DNA of 64,000 nt from Octopus vulgaris (Eukaryota): positions 13,392,001 through 13,456,000 of the forward strand of contig OX597820.1 in assembly GCA_951406725.2 (NCBI GenBank), in the 5' to 3' direction. Below the pieces are notes generated by a model, which saw only the letters and a list, made by a program, of their open reading frames with translations, did not search any database and was not told the DNA's origin. Shown here piece by piece: positions 50,148-63,995 of this stretch. The position numbers were made by a program, and so were the translations under genes. Every line of letters begins with the position of its first letter. The first letter of the stretch is position 1.

Positions 50148-50540
50148 ATTTCGCCCGCCTTTACGTTCTGAGTTCAAATTCCACCGAGGTCGACCGAACC
50201 TTTCATTCTTTCTGGATCGATAGAATAAGTACCAACTAAATACTTGGGTTGATGTAATCGACTTACCTCTCCTTCGAACTTACTGGCCTTCTGCCAAAAT
50301 TTGAAGCCAATATTCAGGGGATGATTAAGGCGGTGGGCAGACAGAATCGTTAGAACTCAGGCAAAAATGCTTAGCGGTATTTTGTCCATCTTTTCGTTCT
50401 GAGTTCAAATAGCCCCGAGGTCAACCGAACACTTCATCTTTTCGGAGTCGATTAAACGTGTATCAGTTGAACACTGGGGTCGATGTAATCGACAAGAATC
50501 CGCCCCGAAATTTCTGGCCTCGTGCCAAAATATGAAATCG
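50148..50540 (+). mobile_element. Two tandem SINE-B1 copies; the first lacks its head upstream of atttcg
   Basis: First copy begins atttcgcccgcctttacgttctgagttcaaattcc. The second, with head, starts near 50328. Confidence 0.75.
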
Positions 50541-51151
50541 GGGCATTCCTTCGATTTGACTCGACGAGATCAAAACAAAACCTCGGTTGTTTCCGTGACA
50601 ACTCAATTCACTTCGGATATCTTCGTGACTTCCGTGATAGCTGCTAAAATGGGTGGAGAAGAAAGCTAATTGGTTGTCTGCGCGTGCTTGTTCTTGTATG
50701 TGCGTAAGAACACGCACACATATACACACACAGTTTTTGTCTCGTCGAGTTAAATCGAAGGAATGCCGAAACCAGTATCAAGATGAACATTTAAAACTAT
50801 TTGAAGGGTTGAACTATATATTTCTTTCATCTCCTGCTTCCGTGTTTATGAATATTGCATTATTGCGCAAGTAATGTATTCTATCTTTGAAGCCCATAAA
50901 CTAGTATTTCATAAACAGAAAATTGCAATACACACCTATGTTGCTTCATAGAAACTAAACTTACGTGCAAAGCTAGTAATCGCACATACAATAATTGACA
51001 CCTTTTTAAATAATACTTCCAACACCTCTGAGAAAACAACCTCCTGGTCATACAATACTACTTAAACCTTTCAAATATTATCATCAACAAATATAAGAAG
51101 CCTAACTCCAACACGTGTATATGTTTATTACTTTGGAAGCACACAGAGGAC

Positions 51152-51210
51152 ACGTTAATATTACGTTAATATTACGTTAATATTACGTTAATATTACGTT
51201 AATATTACGT
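51152..51210. repeat. Perfect 11-bp tandem repeat (ACGTTAATATT), about 5.4 copies
   Basis: Direct inspection. Confidence 0.95.
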
Positions 51211-51294
51211 GAGCCTTATATTACTTGAAAGATCATAAAGCATCTTTCATGCCAATGCTAAATACATATTAATAAATCCAGTCAAAATTGGAAA

Positions 51295-51338
<44 letters not shown>

Positions 51339-51444
51339 ATTCATACATATTTTACGTATGCATGAATATAGCAAAAATTAATATATTCAAATATATTTTA
51401 CACTCCGTTATTTCAATATGATTTCTTCAGTTAATACTGTTATT

Positions 51445-54095
51445 CCATTCTGTTGGGGGGGATAAATGTCGAGCTTTTGAAGTAGTTCAGGGCAAGACTT
51501 CCGCCCGTCCCCCAGCCCCATAAAAGAATCCCACCCATTTTAAAAACTTTTTTTCGACACAATCCTCCCCCCCCCTTTTCGGCTACGGAGAATACGAATC
51601 TGCAAAAAAATTGGCAAAAATCGACATTTCAAAATAACTACCCCCAACCCCATTTCCTTCATTTTAAACTTTTATCAGAATTTCGTTTTCTCAAAATATG
51701 CGGAAAAATACGGAGATTATGATTCTGAAAAATTTTCCAAAAATCTTGGTTCAACCGTCGGGTTATTTTTTGGATTGACCCAAGCTGCGCGATGTCATTG
51801 GGATTTACTTTTTTCATATCGTTGAAAAGAGTTCTGGTTATTTTCCTATAAGTTATTACTCCTCCTTTATCACCATCGCCTTGGAAAATCCTTGATTGGT
51901 GGCTGGGCATAATCACCCCCACCAAATATTTATTAGTGTTTTTGAACACCAGTGTCGCCTTTCTGGCCACCCTTGCGGTTCTCTTTTCCCTTTTTTGAGG
52001 TTTTTTTTCAGGGGTTACAGCTTTAGGTCTTTTCCTAGAGACCATCTGGAATTCTTTCTCTTGGGCCACCGCTCCTTTAATGCTGGTGGTAGCCATCTGG
52101 GTAATGGCCTCCTTGGCCGGGGCTACCACCTTCTCACTGCTTATTTCTTCCTTACTGGTGGTAGCCTTCTGTGTAAGGGCCTCTTTGGCCGAAGCTACCA
52201 CCTTCTCATTTTTATTCTCTGTGGTCTTTCTGGCCACCTTTACAGTTTTTCTTTCCCTTTTTGGGAGGGGTTTATTTTTTTCCGGTGTTGTGATTTTTGG
52301 TCTTTTCCTTGAAACCAACTTAGTTTGCATCTTCCTTGCTGGTGGCAGCCCTCTGGTTAATGGCCTCCATGGCTGGAGCTACCACCACACTGGTTTCTTT
52401 TCCACTGGTGGTAGCCCTCTGGGTAATGGCCTCCATGGCCGGAGCTACCACCTCACTATTTTCTTTTTCATTGGTGGTAGCCCTCTGGGTAATGGCCTCC
52501 ATGGCCGGAGCTACCACCTCACTAGTTTCTTTTTCGCTAGTGGCAGCCCCTTGGCCGGGGTTACCACCTTCTTGTTCTTGTTGTTCATGCCGGTGGTAGC
52601 CTTGTGGGAACTGGCCTCCTTGGCCGAGGCTACCGCCTTCTCTTTTCCGTTTTCAGTGTTGGTGGTAGCCCCCTGGGTACTGGCCTCCTCGGCCGAGGCT
52701 ACCACTTCCTCATTGGTTTTCGTCTTATTTCCGCATTCTAACCTCTGGTGCCCCTTCCTTCCGCACCGGTAGCACCGAGGTCGTCTTCCTTCAACCTGGA
52801 TGATTAAGGCTGCGTCCTCTGCTACCTGCAACCTATCGGGCAGTTCCTCTAAATCTGTAGGGGAACCTTGAGCTAGGACCTCTAGCGATTGTCCCCTCCA
52901 ATTCTGAGAGGGCTGTCTTTTTACTTGTATCCCCTCCAGCTTGTCCTCTCTATTGAAGAGGAGCATGGTAATAACCCATGCTATCTCAACATCAGGAGGA
53001 ACGTTTGCAATATTTATTCGGGACGTTCTACGTCCCGAATATAATGGCAACAATGCCATTTTCTCATTCTGCAAGGTTTGAGCCGAATATTCTTTTGCCT
53101 TTTCAGCCGACTCAAACCTTCCTTCCACCGTTGCATATCCCTTTCCTCGGGTCAGGAAGGCAATATCCTTCATTACTGACCCGAGGCTCTCCTCTATATC
53201 TTTCTCCTCGAATCTTGCAATTTTTTTTTTATCTTTTAGGCAAAAAGTTTTGTATATTAGCGATTTTTCCTTCTTGTTAGTTATAATCTCAAGCGGAGGG
53301 GAAAATTTACTTTCCCCATTTTCTTCTGTAATTTTGTGTTTTTTCCTTTTTTTCCCATTATCTCTTTTTCTTCCAAAAATACTTTTTCCTTTCTCTTTTT
53401 TTATTTTTTTTCCCTTTTTTTTAACGCTTCATATACTGCTCAAGTTCTATCAGATCAATTACAGGTGGCAGTTCATTGAACTCCACTATCGTTCCGCCCG
53501 CATCAATTCTATCCCCGTACTTGTCTTTAAGTTTTTCGTAGGCTACCTTATCTGCCACCAAGCCCTTCACTCTCTCAGAGTACGTGTCTCTGGGCATTTT
53601 TATCCTTATGATGTTTTTTGCATAAGTAAAAGAATTCCACTGTTTCTTCCCGCCTCTAGGCTTTCTCCTTTCTTCCTTTCCCAATATAGGTTCCTCTATA
53701 CTCTTCTCTGAGGCTGGAACTTTCTTCTTCTTCATCTCACCCTCTTGTAGCTGAGTTCCTGAAACTTCTGCCAAATCACATGTCGTCCTCATCCTTGCCT
53801 CCTCCTTCTCTGGCTCATTGTCACACACCTTAATTATTTTTTTACTTCCCTTCTCCGCCTTAGTTTTGTCATCTTTCTTTCTCGTTACATCTTCCCTTTC
53901 CACCTCTTCTTTTTCTGGTTATTCGGTGGCGGGCTTACCCTACCGCTCTTCCTCCTTTTTCTTTCCACTCTCGTGAAACCGTCTTCCGCTGTTTTTTCGC
54001 TACTCTCGACCAGCACTGCCTGTTCGACATTTTCTTGAATTTCTCTGTTGATTGTAACAACGGTGAAAAGAATCTCAATGTTAATTTATTGATGC
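51445..54095 (-). mobile_element. Long ORF1-type element (frameshifted) with internal coding tandem repeats and no ORF2 downstream
   Basis: Starts MSNRQCWSRV near 54029. Contains KGYATVEGRFESAEKA, VPPDVEIAW, NWRGQ, VEGRRPRCYRCGRKGHQRLEC, then repeats of (E)KVVA(S/P)A(K/M)EAITQ(R/K)ATT. Confidence 0.8.
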
Positions 54096-54114
54096 ATTTG
54101 GGCAAATCTATGTC

Positions 54115-54715
54115 TATATTGTATTGGCATCCTTTCTGTCTCGGGAGACAATGGAGTTGCGCATGAAGTAGTCTAGTCCGGCTTTTATATTTCATGTCCT
54201 GATACATTTCCTGCTGTGGCTGTGTAGTCCTATCCTGGACAAACACTCCCTCTGGCAGGTACCGCAAATGTAGCGAAGACTGTTCCTGGCTGGTTGTAGT
54301 GCCATGGTCTCTTGTTTACGTCTCTTCATTTCTTTCCATTTCTCCTCTCTCTCTCTCGCTCCTTTGTATTCCCTCTTTTACGGTACGTCGCCATTCTCCA
54401 CGGTTGCCGGCAACTGCCTCCCAACCGCTAATATTGATGTTGCAGGCCTTCATGTCCCTTTTGCAAACATCCTTGTAACGTAAGATCGGTCTACCCACAG
54501 ACCTAGTACCCCTAGCAAGCTCTCCGTAGAGTATGTCCTTGGGGATTCTGCCATCTTTCATACGGCTAACATGCCCAAGCCATCTCATACGTCTTTGTAT
54601 GAGGAGTGCAAACATGCTTGGTATTCCTGCTTGCCTGAGGACATCTTTGTTGGGGATATGATTCTGCCATTTGATGCGGAGGATTTTTCGGAGGCAGCGC
54701 AGGTGAAATATGTCT
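54115..54715 (-). mobile_element. 3' fragment of an RTE-clade (BovB-like) LINE
   Basis: FHLRCLRKILRIKWQ...RRMRWLGHVSRM...RIPKDILYGEL...GRPILRYKD is the typical RTE post-RT region. The 3' end reads attgtctcccgagacagaaaggatgccaatacaat. Confidence 0.9.
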
Positions 54716-55377
54716 ATATTATCAGACAATTAAAAAAAAACGTTTAAAAAAATTCTAAACTCGGCAAAAATCCAGTACAAATTCTTCATGGTTCAAAACG
54801 TTGCTTACTTTTTATTCCACCTGATAGAGTTCTACCCATTTACAAACAAAATCCTTTATCCAGAAAGCCTTAAAATTATATGAAGGTTTTATTCCAATGC
54901 AACTAGAAGACCATAGGATGGGACAGAAGTTTGAGAATTAAAAGAACTGTGAATTTCGTTTTAACTTCGAAAGTGATATCGCTCTACCGTGGTCAGTTTT
55001 TACCGAGATGATGGACTCTTCACTGCTGCATTTTGTTAAAAGGTAACGCATCGATATATTCAAAGTTAGATTTAAAAGTTGGAGATGATGCAAATATAGT
55101 GAGTTTTTGAATACAATTTTAGATTCATGTGCCGACTAATACTTCCATTATGTAGTGAAGCAAACATAATGAGACGTTGTTGCATATTAATTTTAGTTGC
55201 AACCTCTGCGGAAAATCCTAAAATAATTACTTAGCAACAACAAGCACATGTCCAGGTTTATTCTCAGCTAAAACATCCTCAAATCCCGATGCTCGTTATT
55301 ACGATAATACATTAAAACCAGATGCAACAAAGACAGAATGCAATAAACGCAGACCAAAACTAATATTTATAAACCCA

Positions 55378-55500
55378 ATTCCACCGAGGTCAACTTTGCC
55401 TTTCATCATTTCGGAGAACCAGTTGAGCACTGGGGTCGATGTAAACGACTTACCCCCTCGCCCGACATTGCTGGCTCTGCGCCAAAATTTGAAACCAATA
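55378..55500 (+). mobile_element. SINE-B1 3' fragment
   Basis: attccaccgaggtcaactttgcctttcatc...ctggggtcgatgtaaacgacttacccc. Confidence 0.7.
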
Positions 55501-55746
55501 TTTGTAAAAACAAATACCAAAATATATAATTCTCCCAATATTTTAAATATAATAATGCGGGGATTTTACTAAGCCTTATAAGTTTTGCCTCATTAATTCT
55601 GTGGACATATATAAATATATGTAGGTGTAGAGAGAGGGGGAGGGAGGGAATAATATATGTATGTATCATATACGGATCAAAGATCCTACATGAGCCATAG
55701 GCTCATAGTGCTGATATCCTGAAATTCTGTGGCGTATATACTCCAT

Positions 55747-55785
<39 letters not shown>

Positions 55786-55879
55786 GTATTTCCAGCTGCA
55801 AGCAAGTTATTGAATTTTTTCTGACATAATATTTAAGCTATACCCTGAAAAATGTCCCCATACTTCAAAAACATTCAAT

Positions 55880-56155
55880 GTGGAGACACATGGCCTAGTG
55901 GTTAGAGCAGCGGACTCGCGGTCGAGGGATCGTGGGTTCGAATCTCAGACCGGGCGATGTGTGTGTTTATGAGCGAAACACCCAAGCTCCAGCAGAAGGT
56001 AATGGCGAACTTCTTGCTGACTCTTTCGCCACTACTTTCCCTCTCTCTTTCCTGCGATGGCCCGGCATCCCGTCCAGGTGGGGAACATATACGTCAAAGA
56101 AACCGGGAAACCGGCCCTATGAGCCAGGCATGGCTCGAGAAGAAACAAAAAAAAG
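55880..56155 (+). mobile_element. SINE family C'
   Basis: tggagacacatggcctagtggttagagcagcggactcgcggtcgaggg...ggttcgaatctc (A and B boxes) followed by the C' tail. Confidence 0.85.
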
Positions 56156-56725
56156 CATTCAATAAGACAAAAGTCGTTTATCCATCTCATAGTATTTCCT
56201 CTTGTGCTGAAGAAAAGTTGAAAATACCACGTGATTTTTTACCTGTGAGCCGATTATAGCATCGTGTGTTTCTGTGCATAAACATTAACGGATAAAAATG
56301 CAACTCGCCGTCTCACATTCCTTTTGGTGGCAATCAAATCTCGATGTACTGTTGGCTCTTCCTTATCTCGATGTGTTTTGGAATATTTTGCTGATACATA
56401 TTCAGTCAGGTTACTTCAACAGAACAATCGTTTGAATAATCCGTAGAGTGAAACTAAGAATTATGATACGGGAAAATTAAGTTCATAACACACACACACA
56501 CACATTCACTTACACACGCATAATATATATATATATATGTGTGTATATATGTATATACAATATACTAATATGCACACAACATTAATTTATAGAGACACAT
56601 AAATACTCACATGTTCATGTGTTGGTGTATACGTGAGTGAATCTGTTAATGAATTTCTGTAGTATTGTCGTCTGCCAGATTTTACTCACAATGTATTTAC
56701 AACCTGAGGCGATAGCAACCAGACA

Positions 56726-56727
<2 letters not shown>

Positions 56728-56788
<61 letters not shown>

Positions 56789-56999
56789 TAATGTATATAT
56801 GTGTGTGTGTGTGTGTATATATGTGTGTGTGTGTGTGTGTATGTGTGTGTGTGTGTGTGTATATATGTGTGTGTGTGTGTGTATATATGTGTGTGTGTGT
56901 GTATATATGTGTGTGTGTGTGTATATATGTGTGTGTGTGTATATATGTGTGTGTGTGTGTATATATGTGTGTGTGTGTGTATATATGTGTGTGTGTATA

Positions 57000-57050
<51 letters not shown>

Positions 57051-57073
57051 ATGTGTGTGTGTGTGTGTGTATG

Positions 57074-57140
<67 letters not shown>

Positions 57141-57221
57141 ATATATGTGTGTGTGTGTGTGTGTATATATGTGTGCGTGTGTGTGTGTGTATATATGTGT
57201 GCGTGTGTGTGTGTGTATATA

Positions 57222-57252
<31 letters not shown>

Positions 57253-57415
57253 GTGCGTGTGTGTATATATGTGTGCGTGTGTGTGTATATGTATGTGTGT
57301 ATATGTGTGTATATGTATATATATATGTATATATATGTGTGTATATGTATATATATGTGTATATGTGTGTATATGTATGTATATGTATGTATATGTATAT
57401 GTGTGTGTATATTTG
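56728..57415. repeat. (TA)/(TG) compound microsatellite
   Basis: Direct inspection. Confidence 0.95.
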
Positions 57416-57943
57416 TATGTTCGTGCTTTTGTATCTTCAATAAGATGTATTATATTATATATGCATGTGTCTATCTCAAACAATACGACATAATATATTC
57501 ATGTGTAGATTTGTATGTTTTTCTTTGTACCTCTAATAAGATACATTATATATATATACACACACACACACACATGTATATGTGTGTATATTTGTATCTT
57601 TGCGTATCTCTAATAAGATATAATGATCACTACGCCCAAGGGAAAAGTCTTTTATTCGTCCTTCATCTCTACAGCGCACGTGACCTCCAGTCACCTTCTT
57701 GACCTCTAAATGACAACTGAGACGACGCGAAGATTGTCAATGGCATCAGCAGTAATTATTCCATTAAGTAAGGAATAAATTCTTAATTAGATTTTTAATT
57801 GCCTTTTATACTATTCTTATTTCGTGGTAATCTTCACTTTCTCATTTTCACTCTTTCTCCCTCTCTGTTTCGCTTTCTATCTATCTGTCGATCTATCTGT
57901 CTGTCTCACTTTGTCTTTAGCTCATTCTCTCTTTCCCTCTCTT

Positions 57944-58034
<91 letters not shown>

Positions 58035-58569
58035 ATTTCTTTAGTCCTATCTGCAATTTATCTCTTTCGGCAAAAACAAACACTACAGCTTTCTTAAGCA
58101 AAACGTCCATCTAAACGTATGGAAATGAATTAAGCATCAATTTCCACACAACTTTTGCACACGTAATTACAATAATGAAATCTTCAAATTTGATAAAAAG
58201 AAATATTACTTTAAGTCGCTTCCAGCTCATAGCTCTTACCTACGAGGAAGCCGCGACAAGATCATTCAATATACTAAAAATAGCTGGTACGTTTTTGATC
58301 GTATGTCTGCTTGATCATTATCATTACTGGCCTGGGGCTAAATAACAGCAATCTATATTGTATCTACAACTAAAGATTCCTTTTATCTCTACAAGGCTAC
58401 AAATCTCTAACGAAGGTTAGAATCAATTGGATCGACGTAAACCTGCGCCGAGCGGTTGTTTTTATGTCTTGCTAAGATTTGAACCTAAAACGTAAAAAGG
58501 CGGAACTAAATCACTTAGCAAGTACGTAAGCAAACATGTCACCTCATATACCATATGTGAATAGATTCG

Positions 58570-59195
58570 TTTCTACTCTAGGAACAAGGCCCAAAATTTT
58601 TTTGGGGGGGGGGAGTCGATTAGATCGACCCCAGTACGTAACTGGTGCTTATTTAATCGACTCCGAAAGGATGAAAAGCAAAGTCGACCTCGGAGGAATT
58701 TGAACTCAGAACGTAAAGACAAACGAATAACGCTAAGCATTACGCCCGGCGTGCTAACGTTTCTGCCGGCTCGCCGCCTTTCAAATATTCTTTTTCTACT
58801 CTAGGCACAAGGCCCGAATTTTTTTTTGGCTGGGGGCAGTCCATTAAATCGACCCCAGTACGTAACTGGTGCTTATTTAATCGACTCCGAAAGGATGAAA
58901 AGCAAAGTTGACCTCGGAGGAATTTGAACTCAGAACGTAAAGACAAACGAATAACGCTAAGCATTACGCCCGGCGTGCTAACGTTTCTGCCGGCTCGCCG
59001 CCTTTCAAATATTCTTTTTCTACTCTAGGCACAAGGCCCGAATTTTTTTTTGGCTGGGGGCAGTCCATTAAATCGATCCCAGTGGGCAACTGGTACTTAA
59101 TTTATCGACCCCGAAAGGATGAAAAGCAAAGTCGACCTCGGAGGAATTTGAACTCAGAACGTAACGGCAGACGAAATACCGCTAAGCATTTCGCA
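58570..59195 (-). mobile_element. Three tandem SINE-B1 copies; the rightmost head is interrupted by a retroelement 3' end
   Basis: Near-identical duplicated unit of about 225 bp. Minus-strand junction ...gtgggaaataaaaaattt|gcgaaatgcttagcggtatttcg. Confidence 0.85.
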
Positions 59196-60097
59196 AATTT
59201 TTTATTTCCCACAAGGGGACAACAAAAAGGGAACAGTACAACCTGATATGGGTCAGATTTCACGCATGAATTAACACAGAGGAATTTTAAAATTTTACAT
59301 ATATATGAATCGTTCGATTTTAGTGTTTCAAGGTTTATATTGTCTATTTGTATTATCATATTTCCTTCAGGAAGTTTTGTATAATGTCCTGTGAAGATTT
59401 CTGATGTAGGAATATCTTAAATTCTAGATGTTAATTGTTCGTTCGTAGCGTTTATTGCCACTCATAGTAATTTGTTTTGCCATATTTTTTTTCCGGCACT
59501 GGAGGGTAGGAATGATTTTACTGGGCTGAACGGAGGGGATTACGTGGGGATGGATATCGGAACTGGAGGATGGAGATTGGAGGGGTGAAATATCAGGGCT
59601 GAGTGGGAGGTTATCAGGGTTGGAAGGAGGGGATATTGATGTTTTGCGGGGTGGGGAGGGGTAGTTTGAGTTTCGTGTGAGTCTGTTGAGGGAGCTCTTT
59701 TCTTGTTCGAGCTGGATGCTGAGGGGTGGGATTTGGCTTCTTCCTTTTGGTTAATTTCTTCCTTTTTACCGTAGACCATCCGTCTTCACTCCCAGCTGGT
59801 TGAGTGTTTTCATTGCTGGGAGCCTACTGATCGGTCTTCTGTGTCTGTCTCTTCTGCGCCCTTTTTTGGGGGAGCCGTCTCCGCCTTACGGGTAGAACAG
59901 TTTGCCCGAATGTGGCCTTTCTCTCCACATCCAAAGCACCAGGGTCTTCTCCCCTCCACCATTACGCGTAAGGTGGTTTCTTCTCCGAGGTGTATGTTTT
60001 CTACGATCATTTCCAGGGCCTGTGGCGCCACTTGGATAATGACGTCGAGGCCTTCCCTTTCCAGTTCTGCTGGTGTATTTTGAGGCCTCTAATATCG
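59196..60097 (-). mobile_element. 5'-truncated ORF1-only element with the shared Tx1-type tail
   Basis: QNWKG..GLDVIIQ, VEGRRPWCFGCGEKGHIRANC, Pro/Ser-rich C-terminus, tail gttccctttttgttgtccccttgtgggaaataaaaa. Confidence 0.8.
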
Positions 60098-61915
60098 TTA
60101 TTTATTCTATTCATATTAGTAGGGCTTAGAATAGCCATAATACGTTTATTTCTGGCAGGATCTCCAATAACATATGATAAACATTAAATTTTATACATTA
60201 TAACACTGAGGATTTTCAACCTCTTGTCACTATTCCTCAACATTGCTTGTGCCCGTATACTCGGCCATCACCCACGCCTCATTCAAGACCAAGACGGCCA
60301 CAAGCAATATTCCTCATTGAGTCCCTGCAGCCTGTGCATCACGGGCGGCGTTATGACCTCCACAGCTATCTGTGGAGCCCATTCGGGTTCCCGTCTGAAG
60401 GTTAAAAGTACTCCCTTGTGGTACTTTTCCACCACCTTTTCTACTTCTCCAACTCTGTAGAAGGCCAATAATTCGTCTTCCTCCGGGGTCGAGGTAGTCA
60501 ATTCTACCATTGGCGGCACAATTCTTTCCAACGGTGTCTCTTCCCCTGCCGGTGGCACAACCCCTACAGGCGAGGTTCCGGGAAACTCCGGTGCTCTATC
60601 AGCGACTGCCGACAATGTCCCGTTTCTCTTCCTCTTTTTCTTAACTGAGGGAAGGTGCGTCTCCTCCATGACCGGGAGATTCGCCTCCCCTCCCTCATTC
60701 CTAGGATCCTTCGGTGGGCACCCATTGTTACTCACCTTCTTCCTCTTACTTCTTTGAGGAGTCCTCCGTCTCCTCAGCTCCAGGACTTTGCTTTGTTCCT
60801 GAGAACAGTTTTTTTTATGGCCAGGCTCCAATGACACCTGGAGGAGGGGCGACCCTCAAGAATCACCGGGTATCTGCACCTGATCATTTTCAAAAAACCT
60901 GGCATAACCAAATTCATGGCTGATTGTTTCCATAGGGTCAAAACAGCTTTTGACCCAGCCCAATTAGCCACAGGAAATATCTTCACATTGAGGAGCCTGG
61001 CTCCGCTTCCACTCAGACCCCGACGGATAGTATCCCCTATCCACTCAGGTTCAATTCCGGGTGGCAAACCACAGACCCAAGCCCTCGTCAACTTTTCCCA
61101 CCGTAAGTGGGAAGAAACAAAATTTCTCTACCCTCAAAGGGCTGGCTGGCAAAAGTGCGAGCCTCCTCTGGGGTGTCAAATAGCAACCACACGGTTGCAT
61201 ATTTGACACCCCTAGAGAAATACTTAATGGTTGGCAGATGTTCCGTCAACTCCTGCTCAATCAGCTGACTGGAGAAGCCGGCAATGGAGTCGAGAACCTT
61301 CGAATACGTTCTCAACACCACCGTCCTCTCCTCTTGCTGTCTGAGCCACTCCGTAGGTGGGACAATCTCCCACTCTACAATCTTATCCGTATTGTTTGCC
61401 ATGTTTTAAATTAAAAAGTAAAAAAGCCCGAAACAATAGTTCACAAATTTCAAAAAGAAAAGAGAAATCAAACGGAAACAAAAGGGAAGAAGAGAAAAGC
61501 AAACAGTTCAATAAAAAAAGTGACAAAAGAAGTAAACAACAGTTCAACAAAACACAGCAAAAAAATCTTCTGGGCATTCGGGTACTCCAAGCCGTGTGGT
61601 ACTCCGATTAGAACTTGGACTGCTCCACTTGAAATGCAGCTTTCCAATTATTGGTAAACGTTGTTGTAAAAACACTATTCACAAAAAGTGAACAACTTTT
61701 GGGGGCAGGATATGCCTCCTAACTATACATCTCACAGTGAGAAAAAAATTGTTACTTAATGTGAACAATATTGCTGAACTGCAAGCAGACTAATGTCCTG
61801 AATCCAGAGAGGACTCCTGGTTTGTAAAAAAATATTACCACAGACACAACCCCCACTGGACCCAAGAAACAAAGGCCTTACCTTGCAGCAGCTACATTTT
61901 CGCCGGCTAAACACC
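60098..61915 (-). mobile_element. Apparently complete ORF1-only element, homologue of 31666-33766
   Basis: ORF from 61402 reads MANNTDKIVEWEIVPPTEWLRQQEERTVVLRTYSKVL versus MAIKNGATALEWEIVPPNQWLKDMEERTVVVRTYSKVL. Shared KRKKVSNNGCPPKDP. AATAAA at 60101-60106 on the minus strand. Confidence 0.8.
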
Positions 61916-62450
61916 ACCGGCCACATTTAAAACAACGTGGTACTCTGCCCTCTACCCACACCCTCAGCAATATTTCCCCCAACGTCACAGTCTCAGCCAA
62001 GTTCTCGAGTTGACCCTCCTCCGTCTGAATAATTAAATCAAGCGTCCTTCCTTTGCACCCTCCTTCTGCTTCTGTGGCATCTTCTCCTCGCTTCCAACAA
62101 GGATAGCTGCCGCTACCCAAGCTACTTCTATATCCGATGGAATTGCTTCTACCCTCACCTTGGAAGTTTTTCTTGTTTTCACCGCCACATTCGCCAGCCT
62201 CATCGCCTCCTCTACTGTCCTAAATTGGGCGACCATTGTCCCATATCTTTTTCCTTTGGTGATATATATTATATCTTTTGACTTCTCTCTTACCGCCTTT
62301 TCTGTTTCCGCTTCCAACTGCTCAGCCTTTTTTTCCTTTTAAAGAGAACACCTTATAGGTGATCGTTTTCCTTTCCATCTTACATTTCGTTGGAGAGGTT
62401 GAGGCCGACCTCACCACACACTTGTGGGCTCCCTCTTTCTCCTCCCTCCT
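61916..62450 (-). pseudogene. Internal fragment of another Tx1-type ORF1
   Basis: ERKTITYKV, KGKRYGTMVAQFRTVEEA, IPSDIEVAW, VEGRVPRCFKCGR (cut inside the knuckle). Upstream boundary approximate. Confidence 0.7.
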
Positions 62451-63995
62451 CAGGTAGCCCGGCAAGGTCGCGATACGCCGGATGGCCTTTGGGTGTCTCT
62501 TTTATTTGTCTGTACACTTTTTCCGCAATCCACGCACATCTTTCGTCTAGATCTTTGTTTTTGTCGTACAATCTTGCTGTGTGGTGCGGGACGACAATAT
62601 CATCTGTATATTTGTCTCGAGTATCATACTCAATTAACACAAGTTCATCTCTTTCGTCTTTTTTTTTCTGGGCCAGTTAAGCGGGATTTTTTTTTTGGTG
62701 GGGGTATCTGTGATGCGTCATCATTTTTATTTTTTGTAGGGGATGTGGACAGGGATGATGCATGAGTTATTTTACGAACAATCGTAAATTCCCTCTCTGA
62801 TACCTCCATGGTATCGTCTGGGGTAGTTATATTTTGTTCAGTAGGCACTGCAATTTTTAAGGGGGTGGGAGGTTTTAATAATGTAGGGGCTTGTGTGTGC
62901 AAGGGCTGGGTTTTTTGTCAGTTTGTTTTGAGGTTGGCACCGTAACAGCAGGAGTGGGACATTTTGTTTTTGTACGGGTAGGTGAGTTTGCAAGGGTAGG
63001 GATTTTTTTTATCTGAGGGGCCTGTTGTCTGCGGTTTCTTTTGATTGCCAGGACAGTCCACACGAATGTGGCCCTTTTTGCCGCAGGCGTAGCAGGTGGG
63101 TTTTCGGCCCTCGACCTGTACCTCGAGGGCCACATTCTCGCCCACGAGTACCCTCTCAGGAAGGACCTGCAGGTCCTCCTGTGTCCCTTGGATTATTACA
63201 TTAATGCTCCGCCCAAGCCAACTTTGAGGAGCATAGCATATTACCTGCAATATTTTGTACGCCCTCTTATATAACAGGGCGGCCACCACCTCTACTTCTG
63301 GCGGCACTTCTGTAATCTTGACCCAGGACGTCCTACGCCCCATATGTCGGCAGAAGTACTACCTCCTTAGTGTTTAGGGGACTCACGGAATGCCCGCGGG
63401 CCACCTCTTCCCCCGAGAAGCGGACCTCCACAGTGCCGTGTGCCCGTCCCCGGCGACGTACACTATGTCCCTCCAAATCGGCGACAGGCATTTTTGATAA
63501 TATTCTTTTCAAAGTGTTTGAACATTCTGCTTTGTGGGCAGAAGGTTTTAAACACTACGGTCCGCTTCTCTGTCTCCACGATACTAGAGGATGGTGATAT
63601 TTTAACATCACCACCCTCTTCTTTCATTCTTTTAAATAGCTAGACGAGCTGATCAACATTAATGTCAATGTTCTCGGTTGCCACTGCGGCAACCGCCGAA
63701 AATTTTTTATGTGTTGGCACATCTATCAACGTTGCTCTCAAGAGCACATTTTTCATGAATAATCTCTGTTGAACTTAATTATACACAACACAAAAATTAC
63801 AAATACAAATATTGGTTTCCCACAAAACTGGGAACCCTATAAAAAGTATTCCTCCCAAAGCAGTTCAAAAAGTAGTTCAAAAGCAGTTCAAAAATTAAGT
63901 CCAATTCCCACCCCCATTCGGGGGAGGGGCATAAAAATAGTCTAGCAAGACTATATACAGTCACGAAGATGTTATAAATTAAAAAAGGCCACAAT
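62451..63995 (-). mobile_element. Further Tx1-type ORF1 element (frameshifted) with T-rich 5' UTR running to the window edge
   Basis: ETEKRTVVFKT, VPPEVE, QSWLG, VEGRKPTCYACGKKGHIRVDC. Confidence 0.75.

Noticed and set aside
55880-55955. Functional tRNA genes at SINE heads (also ~2915-2985, ~12276-12350 and 26462-26530)
   Set aside because: A and B boxes are present, but I could not fold a convincing cloverleaf and each continues into a repeat body or microsatellite tail. tRNAscan-SE would settle it.
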